Shown here: positions 10,260-20,817 of the stretch, in pieces
Numbering within the stretch: the stretch's first letter is position 1
Layout of the letters: each line of letters begins with the position of its first letter
Source of the DNA: a bacterium
GTDB lineage: Bacteria; Patescibacteriota; CPR2; UBA1875; JAJYID01
Assembly (NCBI GenBank): GCA_021790235.1
Contig: JAJYID010000003.1
Location: forward strand, 20,038 to 84,037
DNA: 64,000 bases
Reading direction: 5' to 3'
Position numbers and translations under genes: made by a program
Notes under the pieces: generated by a model
The model's database searches: none
Seen by the model: only the letters and a program-made list of their open reading frames with translations
Told to the model about the DNA's origin: nothing

Positions 10260-11082
10260 TTAGTTTGTTCCATCTTATTTTAAATATTTCGAGGAATGTC
10301 TTTAAAGAGTTGCCAAGTGTGATATTTGTGTCATCAGCATCATCGTACCAACGGACAGGTATTTCTATGATACGCAGATTATATTTCTTAGCGATTACTA
10401 AAATTTCTGTATCAAAACCAAAACCTGGCAGTGTTTGCAGATCGAAAATTTTCTTGGCAGCCTCACTTGTATACGCTTTGAATCCACATCTAGTGTCTGC
10501 AAAGCTTTGGCCGAGTAAAACAACAAAAGTTAGATTACCGCCACGAGAAATTAGTTGTCTTAACCGTCCTTGTTTTTTTATTGTTGTGTTGCTTTTGGAA
10601 TAACCATATATTAAGACCTCAAAAACTTCTCTTAGAGCCTTACCAAACGCTTTCCATGTACTATTCGTGGCGGGAAGTGGTTTTTTAGTATACCTTGAAC
10701 CCATAACGATATCATAACCTTTATCAAAAAAAGGTAGAAGTTTATCAATCTCACTAAATGGCGTGGATGAGTCGGCGTCCATAAACATTTTGATTCTGCC
10801 TTTTGCGAACGCCATACCACATTTTACTGCAGCACCCTTTCCTGTAAAATGCGGGCCAATTTCTAAATCTTGCTCATGTAAAATCTGCAGATATTGAAGT
10901 TTGCCTTTAAACTTTTCCGCTACCTCGGCGCTTCCATCGGTGGAATCACCATCAACAAATACTACTTCTGTATTGAAATTGAGCTTCTTAGAATGTCCAT
11001 AAATATCATTTAATGTTTTGTTCACTCGATTAGCCTGGTTTTTACAAGGGATTACAATTGATAAATAAATATCTTCTGCCAT
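10234..11082 (-). CDS. GT2 polyprenyl-phosphate glycosyltransferase (DPG synthase/GtrB-like)
   Basis: SIVIPC, VDGDSTDGS, GKGAAV, FMDADSS, GSRY, DTRCGFK and FDTEIL motifs. Confidence 0.88.
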   Translation of the reverse strand: MAEDIYLSIVIPCKNQANRVNKTLNDIYGHSKKLNFNTEVVFVDGDSTDGSAEVAEKFKGKLQYLQILHEQDLEIGPHFTGKGAAVKCGMAFAKGRIKMFMDADSSTPFSEIDKLLPFFDKGYDIVMGSRYTKKPLPATNSTWKAFGKALREVFEVLIYGYSKSNTTIKKQGRLRQLISRGGNLTFVVLLGQSFADTRCGFKAYTSEAAKKIFDLQTLPGFGFDTEILVIAKKYNLRIIEIPVRWYDDADDTNITLGNSLKTFLEIFKIRWNKLSGKYSLAK

Positions 11083-11086
11083 AATT

Positions 11087-12637
11087 TTACTCTCCTTTTA
11101 TAAGAGCAAGGTCAGCTCCGTATGTTGAATTTAAGTTTTTATTTTTCATTTTTGATTTTACTTCAAAAAGTCTTTCAGGGGAAGTTAATAAAATAAATTT
11201 GTCCGGATTTTCTATTTTTTTGAGGCTGTCAATCTCTATCAGTTTGTTGTTGCCCCCATTTTTCAAAATAGATTCGAGAGCTTGTTCTGTAAGACCTGTT
11301 TTATATAGATAAATTGGGTTGTTGCCAAAGCTCATTGAGGCAACCTTTGTATTATAGACATACTGTCTTTCAGGGTATTTTTGCCAAGCTATAAAAACTT
11401 TTTGGTAATTATACGTAAGAGCCAAGGAAAACATAAACCCGATGCCTAAAACCATTGTGATCCTTGCAAATTTGTTAAAAGGGAATGTTTTAAACCATTT
11501 CTCTAAAACAAATGTCTGGATTCGTGCTGACAAGATAAAAATAATCGGTAATATATAAATGAAGCTAGCCAGAGTAAAATCTTTTTCAAAAAATATAATT
11601 AGAGTTAGGATAGCCAGCCATGAGATTATAAAATAGAACTTACGCCTTTTAATCCTTAGACAGGCATATGTCAAACCAGCCAGAAAAGTTAAAAGAACGA
11701 AGGGATCGAAAATCCTGTCTGTGGAAAGTGTATACAGATAATTTCTTGGTGCAGAAAAGAGCAAAGAAGAAAAGAAAAGATTGATATTATATAAGATTAG
11801 GCTGGGTTTTAAGGTAAAGTGAGACAAAAAAATATTTGGGTTCCTTATATTTACATAAAGATAAGGTATAGCTACTATTATACCGCTAGAGAGCGCCAGT
11901 ATTTTTTCCTTAATGAAGGATTTAAAAAAGAGACTATTTTTTCTATAAAAATAGATTAAAGAGATCAATAGCAGAATAGCTAGTGTGAAGGTGATGGCAC
12001 TTGCATAAAACGCAATACCAAACAAAAGTCCTGATAAAACAAAGTAAAGTTTTCTTTTCTGCCTGTAGGCAAGAGTAAGAGTGTGAAAAGCAAAGATCAC
12101 AAGAGAAAAATATAATATTTCATGAGAGATAGCGCGAGAAATGAAAATATAGTAACTTGAGATAGATAAAAGAAATGCAGCAATATATGCTAAACGCCTA
12201 TTAAACCATTCTTCGGTAAATTTAAAAAATATATAAAGGCCAAAAATTCCAAGAAAGACTGAGAATATTCTCATATTTGTAAGCGAAAATCCAAAGAAAC
12301 GGCCCCAAATATTCTGCAAAAAATAATAAAGATTTGTAGAGACATCTTGATTAAAAAAGTTTGCCGGATTTGACATTAAAAAGACGCGATCGACATTTTT
12401 TAGTTCAACTGCGCTTATTCCTAGACTTCCGATATCATAGAGCCTAGTTAAAAAAGCAAAAACAAGTATAACCCAGAGATATGAAGGTTTAAAAAGTAAA
12501 ACTTTCAGTTTCGACAATAAAGTACCTACCGAAAGCCTTGGATTTTTTATCACTCCAGAAGAGGGTTCTCTTGTTTTCGGAATGCCGGAATCTTTACTCC
12601 TTTTTCTTGTTTCCTTTATCTTGGAGAGTGTTTTCAT
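11087..12637 (-). CDS. GT-C fold (ArnT-like) membrane protein, degenerate DE motif
   Basis: Same TM layout as its neighbours (TRLYDIG..., RIFSV, YIFISR), but SAVE stands where HDE/PDE occurs in the paralogs. Confidence 0.7.
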   Translation of the reverse strand: MKTLSKIKETRKRSKDSGIPKTREPSSGVIKNPRLSVGTLLSKLKVLLFKPSYLWVILVFAFLTRLYDIGSLGISAVELKNVDRVFLMSNPANFFNQDVSTNLYYFLQNIWGRFFGFSLTNMRIFSVFLGIFGLYIFFKFTEEWFNRRLAYIAAFLLSISSYYIFISRAISHEILYFSLVIFAFHTLTLAYRQKRKLYFVLSGLLFGIAFYASAITFTLAILLLISLIYFYRKNSLFFKSFIKEKILALSSGIIVAIPYLYVNIRNPNIFLSHFTLKPSLILYNINLFFSSLLFSAPRNYLYTLSTDRIFDPFVLLTFLAGLTYACLRIKRRKFYFIISWLAILTLIIFFEKDFTLASFIYILPIIFILSARIQTFVLEKWFKTFPFNKFARITMVLGIGFMFSLALTYNYQKVFIAWQKYPERQYVYNTKVASMSFGNNPIYLYKTGLTEQALESILKNGGNNKLIEIDSLKKIENPDKFILLTSPERLFEVKSKMKNKNLNSTYGADLALIKGE

Positions 12638-12648
12638 CTCTTTTTGGC

Positions 12649-13290
12649 TTATTTTACCACAGAGTTTGCCATCTGTTTCTTGGGTTTCACGAAGACTATC
12701 AGTTTATAGCCGAAAAAGTTCCATAACATGGTGATGATAAATGCTATTGCTGCACCTACATTCGCCAAAATTTTAGGACTTAAACTCATCATGTTTTTAC
12801 CAAAGAAAACGATCAAAGTAGCTACAATAACATTTATTATAAATCCGCCTACACTAACTGTAACAAATCTAGCGAATTCTTTTTCTTGTCTGATTCCGCC
12901 TTTAATATGAGATTCAAAAACCCAATGTTTGTTCCAAAAATAAGAGTTTATCACAGCCACCGTGAAAGAGGTTCCTTTAAATATTGAATAAAAAATGCCA
13001 CCAGATAAACCTGTAAATAAAATCAGCAAGTTTAGAACACCAAGATCTACAAAAGTATTTAGACCGCCGGTTTCCGCAAATTTAATAAACTGATAGAGAT
13101 TTTGTGATTTTTTGCCAATCAAACGCGCAACAAAAATACCGATAGGCGGTAAGACAAACAAAGCAACTGCTACGGCCACATAAATTGATGGACTTTTTAG
13201 CCCGAAGTTGTTAACCATGATCACAGATAAAGCCGCTGCAACAGCACCTATAATAAGAGAAGCTAAGTAATCTTTTTTTACGTTGTCCAT
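12649..13290 (-). CDS. GtrA-family flippase
   Basis: QFIKFAETGGLNTFVDLG, NSYFWNKHWVF and WNFFGYKLIVF motifs. Confidence 0.9.
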   Translation of the reverse strand: MDNVKKDYLASLIIGAVAAALSVIMVNNFGLKSPSIYVAVAVALFVLPPIGIFVARLIGKKSQNLYQFIKFAETGGLNTFVDLGVLNLLILFTGLSGGIFYSIFKGTSFTVAVINSYFWNKHWVFESHIKGGIRQEKEFARFVTVSVGGFIINVIVATLIVFFGKNMMSLSPKILANVGAAIAFIITMLWNFFGYKLIVFVKPKKQMANSVVK

Positions 13291-13466
13291 TTTACCCTTT
13301 CGAGATACTCCGAAAATGGAGATTCCTTTTTATTTTTATTATTTACAGAAATTTTATCAGAAATATCAACCATAAACAACAACCTTTTAGATAAATGAGT
13401 ATTAGTTTAATTTACATATTTTAGAAACGGGTTTCTTGAAACTATTGGTATTCGAAATAATAATAT

Positions 13467-14807
13467 TTAATTTGAAGCGTGTCTTTTGTCAATACTTCTG
13501 AATGCTGTTTGTTCTTGGTGAAAAAAGAGGTTAACACTGCCTACGGGGCCGTTTCTATGTTTTCTAATAATCACTTCTGAAATTCCCTTTTTCTCCGTTT
13601 CCGGATTATAAAGCTCATCACGATAGATAAACATGACAACATCTGCATCTTGTTCAATAGAACCAGATTCTCTTAGATCTGAAAGAATCGGCCGCTTATC
13701 CGGTCTGGCCTCTACAGCCCTGGATAGCTGTGAGAGAGCGATAATAGGAACTGACAACTCTCTGGCTAGCCCTTTAAGGGATCTGGAAATTTCTGATATT
13801 TCCTGAACACGATTTTCGCTGTTTCTGCCCTGCATTAACTGGAGATAATCAACTATCACAAGTCCAAGGCCCTTCTCTGCCTGTAGTCGTCTGGCCTTGG
13901 TGCGCATTTCCAGGACGTTAATGAGAGGCGAATCATCAATAAAAAAAGGGGCTTCAGATAATGCGGCCATCGCCCGACCGATTTTTGGAAAATCATCATC
14001 ATCAAGATTACCGGTTCTAAGTTTCCAGCTGTCTATTTTAGCTTCTGATGCGAGTAACCTATCCACTAGCTGCTCCTTGGACATTTCCAGTGAGAAGAGA
14101 GCGGTTGGAATCCCTTCGTTCCGTGTGACATGTTGCGCAATGTTTAAAGCTAGTGAGGTTTTCCCGACTGAGGGCCTTGCCGCCAATATAATCAGATCGC
14201 TGGGCTGCAGCCCAGCCAATATATTGTCAAGCTCTTTGAAGCCGGTGGGAACGCCACGGAGTTTATCTTTATCTTTATGAAGTTCATCGATTCTTTCAAA
14301 TGATTCTTCCAGAATACTTTTTATCGCAATAAATTTGCCTTTCAGGTGGTTTTCGGCGACTTTAAAGATTTTTTGCTCTGCTTTATCTAAAACTCTGGAA
14401 GTTTCCTCTTTTTCTTCATAGGCAAGATTTGCAATATCATTTGATGATTCTATCAGCTTTCGAAGAAGTGCTTTGTCAACGACAATTTTCGCATAGTGGA
14501 TAATATTTGCAGAAGATGGAACTGAGTTTGCAAGATCGGAAATATAAGCTGCTCCGCCGACTGAATTTATAATCTTCTTTTCTCTCAGTTTATTTGTCAA
14601 GGTAACCAGATCTATTGGCTGATGATGTTCAAAAAGCTCAAGCATATTTGTATAGATAAGCCTGTGAGCATCATTATAAAAATCCTCGGCATTTAAAATA
14701 TCAGCGATTTTCAAAATTGCATCTTTTTCAAGCAAAATCGAACCTAGGACCGATACTTCAGCTTCTTCATTTTGAGGTGGTGTTCGCCCCTGCAAACTTT
14801 CAGCCAT
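13467..14807 (-). CDS. dnaB: replicative DNA helicase DnaB
   Basis: AARPSVGKT, FSLEM, VDYLQLM, SQLSR and DLRESGSIEQDAD; no intein. Confidence 0.97.
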   Translation of the reverse strand: MAESLQGRTPPQNEEAEVSVLGSILLEKDAILKIADILNAEDFYNDAHRLIYTNMLELFEHHQPIDLVTLTNKLREKKIINSVGGAAYISDLANSVPSSANIIHYAKIVVDKALLRKLIESSNDIANLAYEEKEETSRVLDKAEQKIFKVAENHLKGKFIAIKSILEESFERIDELHKDKDKLRGVPTGFKELDNILAGLQPSDLIILAARPSVGKTSLALNIAQHVTRNEGIPTALFSLEMSKEQLVDRLLASEAKIDSWKLRTGNLDDDDFPKIGRAMAALSEAPFFIDDSPLINVLEMRTKARRLQAEKGLGLVIVDYLQLMQGRNSENRVQEISEISRSLKGLARELSVPIIALSQLSRAVEARPDKRPILSDLRESGSIEQDADVVMFIYRDELYNPETEKKGISEVIIRKHRNGPVGSVNLFFHQEQTAFRSIDKRHASN

Positions 14808-14846
14808 ATTATATTCTCCTATCCCTCCTCTAATAATTTTAAATAT

Positions 14847-16346
14847 CTAAACGAGTTCTCCTCCCAAGACGTCTAAAACTTCATTGAGATTTATATCATT
14901 ATTTTTTTCTTTATCTAACTCAAAGTTTTCTTTGACGGGTTCCTTCTTTGACTCTGGTCTGTTTTTTACTTCACCAACTTTACAAATAATTTTATATTTG
15001 ATGCCGCTGACCTTGTTTATGGCTTCTTCAACAACCTTTTTATTTTTTCTGTCTTCAATCCTTTCTTTATGAAATTTATATGGAAAAATAAGATGAATTT
15101 CCTCACCTACTATAACCGGCTCTGACTCTTTGACAAAAGCGTGGATCGAGTTGTTTTTGGACTTAATTTCAAGCAATATTTCATGCCATTGAAACTCCGG
15201 ATTATCTTTTTTTTCAAAACTCCTCTTATCCTTAGGCATATTGCTTATTTTCTCCGAAATTTGCTGACTACCATTACTATTAATATTTTCTTTTGCAGCT
15301 TCGAGAATATCTCCATCTAAGATATTCATAATTTTTAAAACGGCGACTTCAAGCGACAGCTGCGGGTATAAGGCATATTTAAAGGCTATATTTGACTTAC
15401 TCAATATCTCAACTGCGGCAATATATTTTGATAGTTTTTCTTTATCATCGAGTTCTTTTTTCATAGATTTTTGGTAGCTAACCAGTAATCCTTTTGTCAA
15501 CTGTCCAATATCTGCTCCTTGCTCTAACAGTTCTGATAAAAAATCTAACGCATTTTTCTTCTCACTAGTTTCAATCATATTAAAGAGTTTTTCTATTTTG
15601 TCACTGCCGACTAATCCAAGTAGCCCGGCTATGTCATCTTTTCCTATTTTTTTCTTGCTGCCTGTGTGCGTAGAAATCTGGTCAAGTATCGAGATAGCGT
15701 CGCGAAAACCGCCTTCACTTGCCCGGACAATCACAGAAGTTGCTTCATCATCAATCTCAATTTCCTCTTTCTTGGCAATATTAGTAAGTCCTTTTATAAG
15801 CTCAGTATCAGATATTCTTTGAAAATCAAAACGCTGACATCTGGAGATGACCGTTGCCGGAATTTTATGAATCTCAGTCGTAGCCATTATAAAAAGCGCG
15901 TGTTCCGGCGGTTCCTCAAGGGTCTTTAGAAGTGCATTAAAGGCTTCCTTAGTCAGCATATGCACTTCGTCAATAATGAAAACTTTATATTTGAGTTCGC
16001 TTGGAGAAAACTTAACTTTTTCCCGCAGATCCCGAATCTCGTCAATTCCGCGGTTTGATGCTGCATCGATTTCTATAATATCCAAAGCTGTCTGCTCGTT
16101 TATTGATTTGCAAGCTTCACATCTATTACAAGGATTTCCATCTTTTGGGTTTTTACAGTTGACCGCTTTTGCCATAATCCTCGCCACCGAAGTTTTACCG
16201 ATGCCTCTTGGTCCGCAGAAAATATAAGCATGCGAAAAACTTGAAGATTTAACGGCATTTTCCAATATCTTCATAGCTGATGCCTGGCCCAAAACCTCAT
16301 TGAAGTTTTGCGGCCTGTATTTTCTATATAGCGCCACTCTTGTCAA
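14847..16346 (-). CDS. dnaX: DNA polymerase III subunit gamma/tau
   Basis: LYRKYRP, GPRGIGKT, EIDAAS, DEVHML and SRCQ motifs. Confidence 0.96.
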   Translation of the reverse strand: MTRVALYRKYRPQNFNEVLGQASAMKILENAVKSSSFSHAYIFCGPRGIGKTSVARIMAKAVNCKNPKDGNPCNRCEACKSINEQTALDIIEIDAASNRGIDEIRDLREKVKFSPSELKYKVFIIDEVHMLTKEAFNALLKTLEEPPEHALFIMATTEIHKIPATVISRCQRFDFQRISDTELIKGLTNIAKKEEIEIDDEATSVIVRASEGGFRDAISILDQISTHTGSKKKIGKDDIAGLLGLVGSDKIEKLFNMIETSEKKNALDFLSELLEQGADIGQLTKGLLVSYQKSMKKELDDKEKLSKYIAAVEILSKSNIAFKYALYPQLSLEVAVLKIMNILDGDILEAAKENINSNGSQQISEKISNMPKDKRSFEKKDNPEFQWHEILLEIKSKNNSIHAFVKESEPVIVGEEIHLIFPYKFHKERIEDRKNKKVVEEAINKVSGIKYKIICKVGEVKNRPESKKEPVKENFELDKEKNNDINLNEVLDVLGGELV

Positions 16347-16508
16347 GATAAAATCCTTTCTTTTGTTCTAAGGTAAATACAGTATAAACCTTATTTTAAT
16401 CAAGTTTAAGGGCGATTTGTGTGGTTTAGATGTTCATAAATCAGATTTTTCTGTGGACAAAGGATTTTGTATACTTTTATTTTCCTAAAAACCATATAGA
16501 CTAAAACT

Positions 16509-17285
16509 ATGAAACAAAAAATCATCAAAACAAAGGCCAAAGAAATCTTTACAAAGACAAATCTGCCGGGGGCTGACTATGTTATAAACCAGTATATCGG
16601 GTGCTCTCATGGCTGCACATATTGCTATGCCAGATTTATATCAAGATGGAAAGGACACGGTAACTGGGGTACGTGGATAGAAACAAAAATAAATGCACCG
16701 GATCTAGTGAGGGGTAGGAAGATTTCCGGAAAAGTATTTATGAGTTCTGTGAGCGATGCATATCAGCCAGCTGAAAAAGAGCTAATGCTTACACAGAGAA
16801 TCCTAGAAAATCTGGATAAGAGCACACAGCTTTCTATACTTACAAAATCAGATCTGATCTTAAGAGACATAGATTTATTGAAGCAGTTTAAAAATATTGA
16901 AGTTGGTTTCACTGTTAACTCGTTTAAAGGTAAGAGGAGAAACTTATTTGAACCGAGCTCTCCAGATACTTTGAGGCGTATCATGGCAATGAAAGAGTTG
17001 AAAAAACATGGTATTAAAACTTTCGCTTTTGTTAGTCCAATTATCCCCGAACTTTTTGACTTAAGCGAAGTGGTTAAAAATACTAGAGACTTTGCAGACT
17101 ATTTTTGGTTTGAGTTTATTAACCTAAGAGGCGCAGGGAAAGAGTTTAAAGAGATATTAAGTCATAATTATCCTGAAAGCCTAAAGACAATACAAGATAA
17201 ACAAAAGGTTAACCTTTATATACAAAATATTGTTTCTGAAGTTCGAAAATCTGGTGTGAAAATCAAAGGTATTGAGATACATTAA
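16509..17285 (+). CDS. radical SAM protein, spore-photoproduct-lyase-like (Rv2578c-type)
   Basis: CSHGCTYC (CxxxCxxC), SSVSDAYQ, LTKSDL and FEP motifs. Confidence 0.8.
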   Translation: MKQKIIKTKAKEIFTKTNLPGADYVINQYIGCSHGCTYCYARFISRWKGHGNWGTWIETKINAPDLVRGRKISGKVFMSSVSDAYQPAEKELMLTQRILENLDKSTQLSILTKSDLILRDIDLLKQFKNIEVGFTVNSFKGKRRNLFEPSSPDTLRRIMAMKELKKHGIKTFAFVSPIIPELFDLSEVVKNTRDFADYFWFEFINLRGAGKEFKEILSHNYPESLKTIQDKQKVNLYIQNIVSEVRKSGVKIKGIEIH

Positions 17286-18292
17286 ATCTCGAGTTCTTTG
17301 ATAGGATCTATACCAGATATGCTAGGTGAATCTTCTCCAAGTGAACTTTTTTCTTCTTTTTCGATGGCGGGGTTTTCTTCTAGAAAAGCTGAGGAGTCTT
17401 TTTTTATCATAGTGTGTTCTTCGGTTGGTGGTAATTGTTCTGTATTTGCCCTTTCCTGTGCAGAACCCTCTGGATCTGCAATCTTTGCAGAGGTAATTTC
17501 TTCATTATTAGCGGTATTATCATTGTTTGCTTTCTCGGCTGCTTCTTTAGCACTTTTTTCTACTGCTTCCTTGACAGTCACATTGGTTTCATCTTTTGTT
17601 TGCGCCTTCGGTATCTCAGAAGTTTTTATGCTTTTCTTTTTAACATCATCCTCAAGATATTTTTCTTTAACCTCTTCTAGTATTTCCTTGTTTTCTTCCG
17701 GCAAAACAAGTTTGTCTTCCTCGGGTTTTTTTTCTTTTTTTGCTTCCTTTTCTCCATCATCATCGTGATTATGAATTATAGAATCCAAAGCCGCCCACCG
17801 GCTGGATTTATTAGCAGGCACAATTATTGCAGCTTTATTCCCCGGTTCTCCTTTATAATACGTCACCGATGCAAAAAGTATTTTGTATATTTTCCCTTCT
17901 GCTAAGACTGAATAACTTCCATTCTCATATGAAAGACTTCCGATTAGGTTTCTCCGCTCCACCGGTTTAATCTGCTTGTATATCAGAGAGCCGTTTTCGG
18001 CAATCGTAAGCTTTAAAGTATCGCCTTCTACAAGTTTCGACTTTGAGGCGTAGTTGGCCGGAACAGGATATTTTTTGCCGTCTGGGGCTATCATTTGATC
18101 GCCATCGAAAATACCTTCGATAATCTTCCCCTCATCTAAAATAGACAGGTCCTTGGCCGATTCCTTGTGATTAGCCTTACCTGTCTTTTCATCACCTAAA
18201 ATATCTAAAAGTAGATTTCTGGCTGAGTGTAGATTTCCTTCTGCAACATCAAGTAATTTTTGTATTTGTTTTATTCTTTTGTCTTCTTTCAT
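17282..18292 (-). CDS. CPR-typical conserved hypothetical protein with acidic disordered tail
   Basis: IIEGIFDGDQM..PDGKKYPVPANYASKSKLVEGD domain recalled from CPR genomes; E/K-rich C-terminal half. Confidence 0.7.
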   Translation of the reverse strand: MKEDKRIKQIQKLLDVAEGNLHSARNLLLDILGDEKTGKANHKESAKDLSILDEGKIIEGIFDGDQMIAPDGKKYPVPANYASKSKLVEGDTLKLTIAENGSLIYKQIKPVERRNLIGSLSYENGSYSVLAEGKIYKILFASVTYYKGEPGNKAAIIVPANKSSRWAALDSIIHNHDDDGEKEAKKEKKPEEDKLVLPEENKEILEEVKEKYLEDDVKKKSIKTSEIPKAQTKDETNVTVKEAVEKSAKEAAEKANNDNTANNEEITSAKIADPEGSAQERANTEQLPPTEEHTMIKKDSSAFLEENPAIEKEEKSSLGEDSPSISGIDPIKELEI

Positions 18293-18348
18293 TTTTATTT
18301 TTGTTTAATGATTATTTCTTAAATCATAAATGTTTTTCGGACAACTTG

Positions 18349-19506
18349 TCAACTAAATTTACTAATAAACTCTTTTTTAAACTTTTCAAATTTATTTTCC
18401 TTAATGGAATTTCTTATATCTTCCATAAACCTCATCATGAAGTGAAGATTATGGATTGTGGTAAGACGGATTCCTAAAACTTCACTCTCTTTGACTAAAT
18501 GTAAAATATAAGATCGGGTGAAATTTTGGCAGGCATAGCAGCCGCAATCTTTTTCTATTGGATTTAAATCTTTTGAATATTTTGCATTTAAAATACTAAG
18601 TTTGCCTTCATATGTCCAGAGCGTTCCATTTCTCGCCAGCCGTGTCGGCAAAACACAATCAAACATGTCTGCTCCCCTTTCTATCGCATTTAGGATATCT
18701 TGCGGAAAACCTATCCCCATTAAGTATCTGGGTTTATCTTTTGGGAGATACGGCATCACCGTTTCAATCATTTCATTTCTCACCTTTTCACTTTCACCGA
18801 CTGCAAGACCGCCGATGGCAATACCGTCAAAGTTGCGGTTGGTTATAAACTTTGCAGACTCAATCCTTAAATCTTTGTAGACCACCCCTTGGACAATTCC
18901 AAAAAGCGACTGCCCATAACCATAAAGCGGTTTAATTTTCTCATTATCGGCAATACATTCATCCGCCCATCTGTGAGTGCGTTCCATAGCCTTGCGCGCG
19001 TAATTATGGTCAGCGTCCGCCGGCGCACATTCGTCAAAAGCCATCATAATGTCAGCTCCGATTTCTTTTTGCATTTTAATGACTGACTCCGGCGAGAAAA
19101 AATGCTTCGAACCGTCAATATGCGAGCGGAATTCTACTCCGTCATCTTTTATTTTTACCAGTCGCTCGTTTTTTCTATTTTTTGAGCCGAAACCAAGAGA
19201 AAAAACTTGAAACCCCCCGGAATCAGTCAAAATCGGTCCGTTCCAACCCATAAATTTATGTAGCCCACCATGCTTTTTTATAATATCCGTGCCGGGCCTC
19301 AGATAAAGGTGGTAGGTATTTCCAAGAAGAATTTGTGCACCGAGATCCTTTACTTCGTCAGGAGAAGCCGTTTTTACGGAAGCCCTTGTTCCTACCGGCA
19401 TAAATACAGGTGTTTCGATCTCCCCATGAGCGGTTGTAATCTTGCCAATGCGAGCTTTTCCGTCCTCTTTTTCTAGCTCAAAACTAAACTTTTTCATAAA
19501 TGCCAT
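18349..19506 (-). CDS. tgt: tRNA-guanine transglycosylase
   Basis: TPVFMPVGT, NTYHL, DSGGFQ, GGLAVGE, DMFDCV and CxCxxC zinc site. Confidence 0.96.
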   Translation of the reverse strand: MAFMKKFSFELEKEDGKARIGKITTAHGEIETPVFMPVGTRASVKTASPDEVKDLGAQILLGNTYHLYLRPGTDIIKKHGGLHKFMGWNGPILTDSGGFQVFSLGFGSKNRKNERLVKIKDDGVEFRSHIDGSKHFFSPESVIKMQKEIGADIMMAFDECAPADADHNYARKAMERTHRWADECIADNEKIKPLYGYGQSLFGIVQGVVYKDLRIESAKFITNRNFDGIAIGGLAVGESEKVRNEMIETVMPYLPKDKPRYLMGIGFPQDILNAIERGADMFDCVLPTRLARNGTLWTYEGKLSILNAKYSKDLNPIEKDCGCYACQNFTRSYILHLVKESEVLGIRLTTIHNLHFMMRFMEDIRNSIKENKFEKFKKEFISKFS

Positions 19507-19575
19507 TTTAACTTGAATTAAGCAAAACAAAAAGAGAGCTTTTGAGACACCCTTTTTGTAAATTCTGAAGTGAAT

Positions 19576-20130
19576 TTATTTCAATTCAACTGTTGCACCG
19601 GCTGCTTCAAGCTTTTCCTTTGCAGCGTTTGCGTCTTCGGGCTTAAGGTTTTCGGCAACTGTCTTTGGAGCGTTGTCTACCAAGTCTTTTGCTTCTTTCA
19701 GTCCAAGTTCTTGATTAATCTCTCTTACAGCTTTGATGGCGCCGATCTTGTTTGATCCTGCAGCGGTCAAAACTACAGTATAAGCTGATTTCTCCTCTGC
19801 TTCTTCAGCGGGTGCAGCGCCAGCGGCAGGAATACCTGCGACTGCTACGGGAGCTGCTGCAGACACGCCGAATTTTTCCTCAAGAACCTTTACGAGTTCT
19901 GCCATTTCAAGCACACTCATCTCTTCGATGGTTTTGACGAGATCCTTAAACTTCTTGGGAACTTCAACTTCTTTCTTTTCTTCCTTTTTGGGTTTCTCAG
20001 TCGGCTTTTCTTCATCTTTTGGCTCCTCCTTTGGAGTCTCTTCTGCTGTTTTTTCTGTTGCAGCAGTTTCTTCCTTCACTTCTTCCTCAGAAGTGGTTGT
20101 ATCGTCTTTCTTTGCTTCTTCGTCTGCCAT
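19576..20130 (-). CDS. rplL: 50S ribosomal protein L7/L12 with acidic N-terminal extension
   Basis: [18 protein letters not shown] and [10 protein letters not shown] motifs; about 55 extra E/K/T-rich residues at the N-terminus. Confidence 0.95.
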   Translation of the reverse strand: MADEEAKKDDTTTSEEEVKEETAATEKTAEETPKEEPKDEEKPTEKPKKEEKKEVEVPKKFKDLVKTIEEMSVLEMAELVKVLEEKFGVSAAAPVAVAGIPAAGAAPAEEAEEKSAYTVVLTAAGSNKIGAIKAVREINQELGLKEAKDLVDNAPKTVAENLKPEDANAAKEKLEAAGATVELK

Positions 20131-20165
20131 TTTACTTCTCCTTCCTTAATTATTTTAATTGTTAA

Positions 20166-20693
20166 TTATATTTCTTTTTGCTCTTTAATAGCATTTAAAA
20201 CATATATGACATTTCTAAGGTTTGCGTGCATTACGCCGACAAAGTTCGAAACAGGAGCATTCATGGATCCTATTATCTTTGCGATTAGTTCTTCTCTGGA
20301 TGGCATCTGTGCTAAGTTTTTCACGCTTGTAACATCTATGTTTTTTCCTTCCAAGATACCGCCAATAATCTCAAGTGATTCGTGGTCTTTTGCAAAGTTG
20401 AAAACCACTTTTGCCGGCGCAACCTCATCCTTATATCCAAAAGCTACCGCGACAGGATGGCCTGCCAAGTCATCGGGATTTACATCAAGCTTCGCCTGTT
20501 TAACAGCCAATCCAAACAATGTGTTTTTAATGACCTTAAACTCTATCCCCTGGTCTCGAAGCTTATTTCGGACCTCATTGATTTCCTCAACCGTCAGACC
20601 TTTGTAATCAGTGAAAACTGCTGCCTTCGACTCTCTCAATCTTTCGGTAAACTCTTCTACTAAATCTTCTTTTTTCTTTCTTGTTATTGCCAT
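20166..20693 (-). CDS. rplJ: 50S ribosomal protein L10
   Basis: DYKGLTV, KVIKNTL and LAQMPSREEL motifs; start set at MAITRKKK. Confidence 0.95.
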   Translation of the reverse strand: MAITRKKKEDLVEEFTERLRESKAAVFTDYKGLTVEEINEVRNKLRDQGIEFKVIKNTLFGLAVKQAKLDVNPDDLAGHPVAVAFGYKDEVAPAKVVFNFAKDHESLEIIGGILEGKNIDVTSVKNLAQMPSREELIAKIIGSMNAPVSNFVGVMHANLRNVIYVLNAIKEQKEI

Positions 20694-20713
20694 TTTTGTT
20701 TCCTTCTTTCCTA

Positions 20714-20803
20714 TTGTCATCCCAGACTTGATCTGGAATCTATATTTTATTCTTATGGATCCTGAATTTCTCCAAAGACAAGCAAGCAAGTTCAGGATGA
20801 CAA
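20714..20803. repeat. REP-like palindromic element (TTGTCATCC...GGATGACAA)
   Basis: Perfect 9-bp terminal inverted repeat with two internal hairpins (CCAGA-CTTGA-TCTGG; TCCTGAA...TTCAGGA). Confidence 0.65.
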
Positions 20804-20817
20804 CGGAGTTGTCAATT

